A DNA stretch of 64,000 nt from Auanema rhodensis (taxonomy: Eukaryota > Animalia > Nematoda), in contig OZ059895.1 of assembly GCA_964057225.1 (NCBI GenBank), forward strand, positions 2,480,001 through 2,544,000, read 5' to 3'. Within the stretch, counting starts at the first letter, position 1, and each line of letters begins with the position of its first letter. The position numbers and the translations under genes were made by a program. Shown here one piece after another: positions 1-10,881 of the stretch. The notes below the pieces were generated by a model. The model saw nothing but the letters and a program-made list of their open reading frames with translations. It searched no databases and was not told where the DNA came from.

Positions 1-7
1 GATGCGG

Positions 8-58
8 ATTTTTAAGCTGCGTCGATCTGTGTTATCAGATTTGCGCTAGCTTAAAAAT
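8..58. other. Long imperfect inverted repeat (hairpin/cruciform-capable), present in each monomer
   Basis: ATTTTTAAGCT (8-18) is the exact reverse complement of AGCTTAAAAAT (48-58). Inner arms GCG (19-21)/CGC (44-46) and ATCTG (25-29)/CAGAT (36-40) enclose a TGTTAT loop. Confidence 0.85.
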
Positions 59-75
59 GCACCGAGATATCAACT

Positions 76-97
76 GATATAAGTTCACACTTATATC
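76..97. other. Perfect 9-bp stem with 4-nt loop, present in each monomer
   Basis: GATATAAGT (76-84) - TCAC - ACTTATATC (89-97). Confidence 0.85.
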
Positions 98-247
98 CTC
101 GATTTTCACCCTGAAGAATTAATTTTTTCGTTGAATAACATTGTCCATCGTCTTTGCCTTGAAAAAAGGAATCTAAAAACATCTACTTTTTGCTAAATTA
201 TTTTGAAATGTTTGGAAAAAATTTTTGTCAAAATGTTTTTGGAAGCA

Positions 248-275
248 ATGTTGAGTGTACATGGAAACTCAACAT
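248..275. other. Perfect 9-bp inverted repeat with 10-nt spacer, present in each monomer
   Basis: ATGTTGAGT (248-256) - GTACATGGAA - ACTCAACAT (267-275). Confidence 0.85.
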
Positions 276-3200
276 ACACTAATGCATCATTTTTCAAACG
301 ATCATAACTAATTTTTGTATTAAGCGTTTCTCAATGTAGTATAGTGCATTCGATGCGAATTTTTAAGCTGCGTCGATCTGTGTTATCAGATTTGCGCTAG
401 CTTAAAAATGCACCGAGATATCAACTGATATAAGTTCACACTTATATCCTCGATTTTCACCCTGAAGAATTAATTTTTTCGTTGAATAACATTGTCCATC
501 GTCTTTGCCTTGAAAAAAGGAATCTAAAAACATCTACTTTTTGCTAAATTATTTTGAAATTTTTGGAAAAAATTTTTGTCAAGATGTTTTTGGAAGCAAT
601 GTTGAGTGTACATGGAAACTCAACATACACTAATGCATCATTTTTCAAACGATCATAACTAATTTTTGTATTAAGCGTTTCTCAATGTAGTATAGTGCAT
701 TCGATGCGAATTTTTAAGCTGCGTCGATCTGTGTTATCAGATTTGCGCTAGCTTAAAAATGCACCGAGATATCAACTGATATAAGTTCACACTTATATCC
801 TCGATTTTCACCCTGAAGAATTAATTTTTTCGTTGAATAACATTGTCCATCGTCTTTGCCTTGAAAAAAGGAATCTAAAAACATCTACTTTTTGCTAAAT
901 TATTTTGAAATTTTTGGAAAAAATTTTTGTCAAAATGTTTTTGGAAGCAATGTTGAGTGTACATGGAAACTCAACATACACTAATGCATCATTTTTCAAA
1001 CGATCATAACTAATTTTTGTATCAAGCGTTTCTCAATGTAGTATAGTGCATTCGATGCGGATTTTTAAGCTGCGTCGATCTGTGTTATCAGATTTGCGCT
1101 AGCTTAAAAATGCACCGAGATATCAACTGATATAAGTTCACACTTATATCCTCGATTTTCACCCTGAAGAATTAATTTTTTCGTTGAATAACATTGTCCA
1201 TCGTCTTTGCCTTGAAAAATGGAATCTAAAAACATCTACTTTTTGCTAAATTATCTTGAAATTTTTCGAAAAAATTTTTGTCAAAATGTTTTTGGAAGCA
1301 ATGTTGAGTGTACATGGAAACTCAACATACACTAATGCATCATTTTTCAAACGATCATAACTAATTTTTGTATCAAACGTTTCTCAATGTAGTATAGTGC
1401 ATTCGATGCGGATTTTTAAGCTGCGTCGATCTGTGTTATCAGATTTGCGCTAGCTTAAAAATGCACCGAGATATCAACTGATATAAGTTCACACTTATAT
1501 CCTCGATTTTCACCCTGAAGAATTAATTTTTTCGTTGAATAACATTGTCCATCGTCTTTGCCTTGAAAAAAGGAATCTAAAAACATCTACTTTTTGCTAA
1601 ATTATTTTGAAATGTTTGGAAAAAATTTTTGTCAAAATGTTTTTGGAAGCAATGTTGAGTGTACATGGAAACTCAACATACACTAATGCATCATTTTTCA
1701 AACGATCATAACTAATTTTTGTATTAAGCGTTTCTCAATGTAGTATAGTGCATTCGATGCGAATTTTTAAGCTGCGTCGATCTGTGTTATCAGATTTGCG
1801 CTAGCTTAAAAATGCACCGAGATATCAACTGATATAAGTTCACACTTATATCCTCGATTTTCACCCTGAAGAATTAATTTTTTCGTTGAATAACATTGTC
1901 CATCGTCTTTGCCTTGAAAAAAGGAATCTAAAAACATCTACTTTTTGCTAAATTATTTTGAAATTTTTGGAAAAAATTTTTGTCAAGATGTTTTTGGAAG
2001 CAATGTTGAGTGTACATGGAAACTCAACATACACTAATGCATCATTTTTCAAACGATCATAACTAATTTTTGTATTAAGCGTTTCTCAATGTAGTATAGT
2101 GCATTCGATGCGAATTTTTAAGCTGCGTCGATCTGTGTTATCAGATTTGCGCTAGCTTAAAAATGCACCGAGATATCAACTGATATAAGTTCACACTTAT
2201 ATCCTCGATTTTCACCCTGAAGAATTAATTTTTTCGTTGAATAACATTGTCCATCGTCTTTGCCTTGAAAAAAGGAATCTAAAAACATCTACTTTTTGCT
2301 AAATTATTTTGAAATTTTTGGAAAAAATTTTTGTCAAAATGTTTTTGGAAGCAATGTTGAGTGTACATGGAAACTCAACATACACTAATGCATCATTTTT
2401 CAAACGATCATAACTAATTTTTGTATCAAGCGTTTCTCAATGTAGTATAGTGCATTCGATGCGGATTTTTAAGCTGCGTCGATCTGTGTTATCAGATTTG
2501 CGCTAGCTTAAAAATGCACCGAGATATCAACTGATATAAGTTCACACATATATCCTCGATTTTCACCCTGAAGAATTAATTTTTTCGTTGAATAACATTG
2601 TCCATCGTCTTTGCCTTGAAAAATGGAATCTAAAAACATCTACTTTTTGCTAAATTATCTTGAAATTTTTCGAAAAAATTTTTGTCAAAATGTTTTTGGA
2701 AGCAATGTTGAGTGTACATGGAAACTCAACATACACTAATGCATCATTTTTCAAACGATCATAACTAATTTTTGTATCAAACGTTTCTCAATGTAGTATA
2801 GTGCATTCGATGCGGATTTTTAAGCTGCGTCGATCTGTGTTATCAGATTTGCGCTAGCTTAAAAATGCACCGAGATATCAACTGATATAAGTTCACACTT
2901 ATATCCTCGATTTTCACCCTGAAGAATTAATTTTTTCGTTGAATAACATTGTCCATCGTCTTTGCCTTGAAAAAAGGAATCTAAAAACATCTACTTTTTG
3001 CTAAATTATTTTGAAATGTTTGGAAAAAATTTTTGTCAAAATGTTTTTGGAAGCAATGTTGAGTGTACATGGAAACTCAACATACACTAATGCATCATTT
3101 TTCAAACGATCATAACTAATTTTTGTATTAAGCGTTTCTCAATGTAGTATAGTGCATTCGATGCGAATTTTTAAGCTGCGTCGATCAGTGTTATCAGATT

Positions 3201-6200
3201 TGCGCTAGCTTAAAAATGCACCGAGATATCAACTGATATAAGTTCACACTTATATCCTCGATTTTCACCCTGAAGAATTAATTTTTTCGTTGAATAACAT
3301 TGTCCATCGTCTTTGCCTTGAAAAAAGGAATCTAAAAACATCTACTTTTTGCTAAATTATTTTGAAATTTTTGGAAAAAATTTTTGTCAAAATGTTTTTG
3401 GAAGCAATGTTGAGTGTACATGGAAACTCAACATACACTAATGCATCATTTTTCAAACGATCATAACTAATTTTTGTATCAAGCGTTTCTCAATGTAGTA
3501 TAGTGCATTCGATGCGGATTTTTAAGCTGCGTCGATCTGTGTTATCAGATTTGCGCTAGCTTAAAAATGCACCGAGATATCAACTGATATAAGTTCACAC
3601 ATATATCCTCGATTTTCACCCTGAAGAATTAATTTTTTCGTTGAATAACATTGTCCATCGTCTTTGCCTTGAAAAATGGAATCTAAAAACATCTACTTTT
3701 TGCTAAATTATCTTGAAATTTTTCGAAAAAATTTTTGTCAAAATGTTTTTGGAAGCAATGTTGAGTGTACATGGAAACTCAACATACACTAATGCATCAT
3801 TTTTCAAACGATCATAACTAATTTTTGTATCAAACGTTTCTCAATGTAGTATAGTGCATTCGATGCGGATTTTTAAGCTGCGTCGATCTGTGTTATCAGA
3901 TTTGCGCTAGCTTAAAAATGCACCGAGATATCAACTGATATAAGTTCACACTTATATCCTCGATTTTCACCCTGAAGAATTAATTTTTTCGTTGAATAAC
4001 ATTGTCCATCGTCTTTGCCTTAAAAAAAGGAATCTAAAAACATCTACTTTTTGCTAAATTATTTTGAAATGTTTGGAAAAAATTTTTGTCAAAATGTTTT
4101 TGGAAGCAATGTTGAGTGTACATGGAAACTCAACATACACTAATGCATCATTTTTCAAACGATCATAACTAATTTTTGTATTAAGCGTTTCTCAATGTAG
4201 TATAGTGCATTCGATGCGAATTTTTAAGCTGCGTCGATCTGTGTTATCAGATTTGCGCTAGCTTAAAAATGCACCGAGATATCAACTGATATAAGTTCAC
4301 ACTTATATCCTCGATTTTCACCCTGAAGAATTAATTTTTTCGTTGAATAACATTGTCCATCGTCTTTGCCTTGAAAAAAGGAATCTAAAAACATCTACTT
4401 TTTGCTAAATTATTTTGAAATTTTTGGAAAAAATTTTTGTCAAGATGTTTTTGGAAGCAATGTTGAGTGTACATGGAAACTCAACATACACTAATGCATC
4501 ATTTTTCAAACGATCATAACTAATTTTTGTATTAAGCGTTTCTCAATGTAGTATAGTGCATTCGATGCGAATTTTTAAGCTGCGTCGATCTGTGTTATCA
4601 GATTTGCGCTAGCTTAAAAATGCACCGAGATATCAACTGATATAAGTTCACACTTATATCCTCGATTTTCACCCTGAAGAATTAATTTTTTCGTTGAATA
4701 ACATTGTCCATCGTCTTTGCCTTGAAAAAAGGAATCTAAAAACATCTACTTTTTGCTAAATTATTTTGAAATTTTTGGAAAAAATTTTTGTCAAAATGTT
4801 TTTGGAAGCAATGTTGAGTGTACATGGAAACTCAACATACACTAATGCATCATTTTTCAAACGATCATAACTAATTTTTGTATCAAGCGTTTCTCAATGT
4901 AGTATAGTGCATTCGATGCGGATTTTTAAGCTGCGTCGATCTGTGTTATCAGATTTGCGCTAGCTTAAAAATGCACCGAGATATCAACTGATATAAGTTC
5001 ACACATATATCCTCGATTTTCACCCTGAAGAATTAATTTTTTCGTTGAATAACATTGTCCATCGTCTTTGCCTTGAAAAATGGAATCTAAAAACATCTAC
5101 TTTTTGCTAAATTATCTTGAAATTTTTCGAAAAAATTTTTGTCAAAATGTTTTTGGAAGCAATGTTGAGTGTACATGGAAACTCAACATACACTAATGCA
5201 TCATTTTTCAAACGATCATAACTAATTTTTGTATCAAACGTTTCTCAATGTAGTATAGTGCATTCGATGCGGATTTTTAAGCTGCGTCGATCTGTGTTAT
5301 CAGATTTGCGCTAGCTTAAAAATGCACCGAGATATCAACTGATATAAGTTCACACTTATATCCTCGATTTTCACCCTGAAGAATTAATTTTTTCGTTGAA
5401 TAACATTGTCCATCGTCTTTGCCTTAAAAAAAGGAATCTAAAAACATCTACTTTTTGCTAAATTATTTTGAAATGTTTGGAAAAAATTTTTGTCAAAATG
5501 TTTTTGGAAGCAATGTTGAGTGTACATGGAAACTCAACATACACTAATGCATCATTTTTCAAACGATCATAACTAATTTTTGTATTAAGCGTTTCTCAAT
5601 GTAGTATAGTGCATTCGATGCGAATTTTTAAGCTGCGTCGATCTGTGTTATCAGATTTGCGCTAGCTTAAAAATGCACCGAGATATCAACTGATATAAGT
5701 TCACACTTATATCCTCGATTTTCACCCTGAAGAATTAATTTTTTCGTTGAATAACATTGTCCATCGTCTTTGCCTTGAAAAAAGGAATCTAAAAACATCT
5801 ACTTTTTGCTAAATTATTTTGAAATTTTTGGAAAAAATTTTTGTCAAGATGTTTTTGGAAGCAATGTTGAGTGTACATGGAAACTCAACATACACTAATG
5901 CATCATTTTTCAAACGATCATAACTAATTTTTGTATTAAGCGTTTCTCAATGTAGTATAGTGCATTCGATGCGAATTTTTAAGCTGCGTCGATCTGTGTT
6001 ATCAGATTTGCGCTAGCTTAAAAATGCACCGAGATATCAACTGATATAAGTTCACACTTATATCCTCGATTTTCACCCTGAAGAATTAATTTTTTCGTTG
6101 AATAACATTGTCCATCGTCTTTGCCTTGAAAAAAGGAATCTAAAAACATCTACTTTTTGCTAAATTATTTTGAAATTTTTGGAAAAAATTTTTGTCAAGA

Positions 6201-9200
6201 TGTTTTTGGAAGCAATGTTGAGTGTACATGGAAACTCAACATACACTAATGCATCATTTTTCAAACGATCATAACTAATTTTTGTATTAAGCGTTTCTCA
6301 ATGTAGTATAGTGCATTCGATGCGAATTTTTAAGCTGCGTCGATCTGTGTTATCAGATTTGCGCTAGCTTAAAAATGCACCGAGATATCAACTGATATAA
6401 GTTCACACTTATATCCTCGATTTTCACCCTGAAGAATTAATTTTTTCGTTGAATAACATTGTCCATCGTCTTTGCCTTGAAAAAAGGAATCTAAAAACAT
6501 CTACTTTTTGCTAAATTATTTTGAAATTTTTGGAAAAAATTTTTGTCAAAATGTTTTTGGAAGCAATGTTGAGTGTACATGGAAACTCAACATACACTAA
6601 TGCATCATTTTTCAAACGATCATAACTAATTTTTGTATCAAGCGTTTCTCAATGTAGTATAGTGCATTCGATGCGGATTTTTAAGCTGCGTCGATCTGTG
6701 TTATCAGATTTGCGCTAGCTTAAAAATGCACCGAGATATCAACTGATATAAGTTCACACATATATCCTCGATTTTCACCCTGAAGAATTAATTTTTTCGT
6801 TGAATAACATTGTCCATCGTCTTTGCCTTGAAAAATGGAATCTAAAAACATCTACTTTTTGCTAAATTATCTTGAAATTTTTCGAAAAAATTTTTGTCAA
6901 AATGTTTTTGGAAGCAATGTTGAGTGTACATGGAAACTCAACATACACTAATGCATCATTTTTCAAACGATCATAACTAATTTTTGTATCAAACGTTTCT
7001 CAATGTAGTATAGTGCATTCGATGCGGATTTTTAAGCTGCGTCGATCTGTGTTATCAGATTTGCGCTAGCTTAAAAATGCACCGAGATATCAACTGATAT
7101 AAGTTCACACTTATATCCTCGATTTTCACCCTGAAGAATTAATTTTTTCGTTGAATAACATTGTCCATCGTCTTTGCCTTGAAAAAAGGAATCTAAAAAC
7201 ATCTACTTTTTGCTAAATTATTTTGAAATGTTTGGAAAAAATTTTTGTCAAAATGTTTTTGGAAGCAATGTTGAGTGTACATGGAAACTCAACATACACT
7301 AATGCATCATTTTTCAAACGATCATAACTAATTTTTGTATTAAGCGTTTCTCAATGTAGTATAGTGCATTCGATGCGAATTTTTAAGCTGCGTCGATCAG
7401 TGTTATCAGATTTGCGCTAGCTTAAAAATGCACCGAGATATCAACTGATATAAGTTCACACTTATATCCTCGATTTTCACCCTGAAGAATTAATTTTTTC
7501 GTTGAATAACATTGTCCATCGTCTTTGCCTTGAAAAAAGGAATCTAAAAACATCTACTTTTTGCTAAATTATTTTGAAATTTTTGGAAAAAATTTTTGTC
7601 AAAATGTTTTTGGAAGCAATGTTGAGTGTACATGGAAACTCAACATACACTAATGCATCATTTTTCAAACGATCATAACTAATTTTTGTATCAAGCGTTT
7701 CTCAATGTAGTATAGTGCATTCGATGCGGATTTTTAAGCTGCGTCGATCTGTGTTATCAGATTTGCGCTAGCTTAAAAATGCACCGAGATATCAACTGAT
7801 ATAAGTTCACACATATATCCTCGATTTTCACCCTGAAGAATTAATTTTTTCGTTGAATAACATTGTCCATCGTCTTTGCCTTGAAAAATGGAATCTAAAA
7901 ACATCTACTTTTTGCTAAATTATCTTGAAATTTTTCGAAAAAATTTTTGTCAAAATGTTTTTGGAAGCAATGTTGAGTGTACATGGAAACTCAACATACA
8001 CTAATGCATCATTTTTCAAACGATCATAACTAATTTTTGTATCAAACGTTTCTCAATGTAGTATAGTGCATTCGATGCGGATTTTGAAGCTGCGTCGATC
8101 TGTGTTATCAGATTTGCGCTAGCTTAAAAATGCACCGAGATATCAACTGATATAAGTTCACACTTATATCCTCGATTTTCACCCTGAAGAATTAATTTTT
8201 TCGTTGAATAACATTGTCCATCGTCTTTGCCTTGACAAATGGAATCTAAAAACATCTACTTTTTGCTAAATTATTTTGAAATTTTTCGAAAAAATTTTTG
8301 TCAAAATGTTTTTGGAAGCAATGTTGAGTGTACATGGAAACTCAACATACACTAATGCATCATTTTTCAAACAATCATAACCAATTTGTGTATTAAGCGT
8401 TTCTCAATGTAGTATAGTGCATTCGATGCGGATTTTTAAGCTGCGTCGATCTGTGTTATCAGATTTGCGCTAGCTTGAAAATGCACCGAGATATCAACTG
8501 ATATAAGTTCACACTTATATCCTCGATTTTCACCCTGAAGAATTGATTTTTTCGTTGAATAACATTGTCTATCGTCTTTGCCTTGAAAAAAGAAATCTAA
8601 AAACATCTACTTTTTGCTAAATTATTCTGAAATTTTTGGAAAAAATTTTTGTCAAAATGTTTTTGGAAGCAATGTTGAGTGTACATGGAAACTCAACATA
8701 CACTAATGCATCATTTTTCAAACGATCATAACTAATTTTTGTATCAAGCGTTTCTCAATGTAGTATAGTGCATTCGATGCGGATTTTTAAGCTGCGTCGA
8801 TCTGTGTTATCAGATTTGGGCTAGCTTAAAAATGCACCGAGATATCAACTGATATAAGTTCACACTTATATCCTCGATTTTCACCCTGAAGAATTAATTT
8901 TTTTGTTGAATAACATTGTCCATCGTCTTTGCCTTGAAAAAAGGAATCTAAAAACATCTACTTTTTGCTAAATTATTCTGAAATTTTTCGAAAAAATTTT
9001 TGTCAAAATGTTTTTGGAAGCAATGTTGAGTGTACATGGAAACTCAACATACACTAATGCATCATTTTTCAAACGATCATAACTAATTTTTGTATCAAAC
9101 GTTTCTCAATGTAGTATAGTGCATTCGATGCGGATTTTTAAGCTGCGTCGATCTGTGTTATCAGATTTGCGCTAGCTTAAAAATGCACCGAGATATCAAC

Positions 9201-10881
9201 TGATATAAGTTCACAATTATATCCTCGATTTTCACCCTGAAGAATTAATTTTTTCGTTGAATAACATTGTCCATCGTCTTTGCCTTGAAAAAAGGAATCT
9301 AAAAACATCTACTTTTTGCTAAATTATTTTGAAATTTTTGGAAAAAATTTTTGCCAAAATGTTTTTGGAAGCAATGTTGAGTGTACATGGAAACTCAACA
9401 TACACTAATGCATCATTTTTCAAACGATCATAACTAATTTTTGTATTAAGCGTTTCTCAATGTAGTATAGTGCATTCGATGCGGATTTTTAAGCTGCGTC
9501 GATCTGTGTTATCAGATTTGCGCTAGCTTGAAAATGCACCGAGATATCAACTGATATAAGTTCACACTTATATCCTCGATTTTCACCCTGAAGAATTGAT
9601 TTTTTCGTTGAATAACATTGTCTATCGTCTTTGCCTTGAAAAATGGAATCTAAAAACATCTACTATTTGCTAAATTATTTTGAAATTTTTCGAAAAAATT
9701 TTTGTCAAAATGTTTTTGGAAGCAATGTTGAGTGTACATGGAAACTCAACATACACTAATGCATCATTTTTCAAACGATCATAACTAATTTTTGTATCAA
9801 GCGTTTCTCAATGTAGTATAGTGCATTCGATGCAGATTTTTAAGCTGCGTCGATCTGTGTTATCAGATTTGGGCTAGCTTAAAAATGCACCGAGATATCA
9901 ACTGATATAAGTTCACACTTATATCCTCGATTTTCACCCTGAAGAATTAATTTTTTCGTTGAATAACATTGTCCATCGTCTTTGCCTTGAAAAATGGAAT
10001 CTAAAAACATCTACTTTTTGCTAAATTATTTTGAAATTTTTCGAAAAAATTTTTGTCAAAATGTTTTTGGAAGCAATGTTGAGTGTACATGGAAACTCAA
10101 CATACACTAATGCATCATTTTTCAAACGATCATAACTAATTTTTGTATCAAACGTTTCTCAATGTAGTATAGTGCATTCGATGCGGATTTTTAAGCTGCG
10201 TCGATCTGTGTTATCAGATTTGCGCTAGCTTAAAAATGCACCGAGATATCAACTGATATAAGTTCACAATTATATCCTCGATTTTCACCCTGAAGAATTA
10301 ATTTTTTCGTTGAATAACATTGTCCATCGTCTTTGCCTTGAAAAAAGGAATCTAAAAACATCTACTTTTTGCTAAATTATTTTGAAATTTTTGGAAAAAA
10401 TTTTTGCCAAAATGTTTTTGGAAGCAATGTTGAGTGTACATGGAAACTCAACATACACTAATGCATCATTTTTCAAACGATCATAACTAATTTTTGTATT
10501 AAGCGTTTCTCAATGTAGTATAGTGCATTCGATGCGAATTTTTAAGCTGCGTCGATCTGTGTTATCAGATTTGCGCTAGCTTAAAAATGCACCGAGATAT
10601 CAACTGATATAAGTTCACACTTATATCCTCGATTTTCACCCTGAAGAATTAATTTTTTCGTTGAATAACATTGTCCATCGTCTTTGCCTTGAAAAAAGGA
10701 ATCTAAAAACATCTACTTTTTGCTAAATTATTTTGAAATTTTTGGAAAAAATTTTTGTCAAAATGTTTTTGGAAGCAATGTTGAGTGTACATGGAAACTC
10801 AACATACACTAATGCATCATTTTTCAAACGATCATAACTAATTTTTGTATTAAGCGTTTCTCAATGTAGTATAGTGCATTC

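Larger units (their letters stand above)
1..351 (+). repeat. Representative 351-bp monomer (arbitrary phase), ~32% GC, many A/T tracts of 4-6 nt
   Basis: Manual count gives about 111 G+C in 351 nt and 11 CpG. Stop codons occur in all three + frames within the first 80 nt. The ORF track shows no ORF in consensus monomers. Confidence 0.97.
1..8073 (+). repeat. Domain 1: variable A-B-C-D higher-order repeat (units of 4,4,3,4,5,3 monomers)
   Basis: A = pos210 G (AAATGTTTGG) at 1, 1405, 2809, 3862, 5266, 7021. B = AAGATG (pos232 G). C = GCGAA + TATCAAG. D = AAAAATGG + TTATCTTG + TATCAAAC at 1054, 2458, 3511, 4915, 6670, 7723. Confidence 0.85.

Noticed and set aside
8-97. Compensatory covariation supporting a conserved RNA structure
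   Set aside because: Stem variants (pos12 G, 52 G, 82 T, 91 A, 95 A) are single-sided mismatches. A few give G-T wobble (pos27 T, 53 G), but I saw no paired compensatory changes.
35-262. Alternative genetic code (TAA/TAG = Gln) making the ORF open in every monomer
   Set aside because: Both stop-removing SNPs give Gln codons, but any T>C transition at the first base of TAA/TAG does so. TGA stops still limit the frame to about 77 codons, and nothing else supports a ciliate-type code.
1-351. 5S rDNA, tRNA, snRNA or spliced-leader tandem gene unit
   Set aside because: I see no recognisable 5S, tRNA cloverleaf/box A-B, U-snRNA or SL leader sequence on either strand. An Rfam/Infernal scan would be the formal test.
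1-351. Monomer as an ancient dimer of ~175-bp subunits
   Set aside because: No convincing similarity between the two halves by eye beyond A/T tracts.
348-364. CENP-B box at ATTCGATGCGG
   Set aside because: It has TTCG but lacks the correctly spaced A and CGGG of NTTCGNNNNANNCGGGN.
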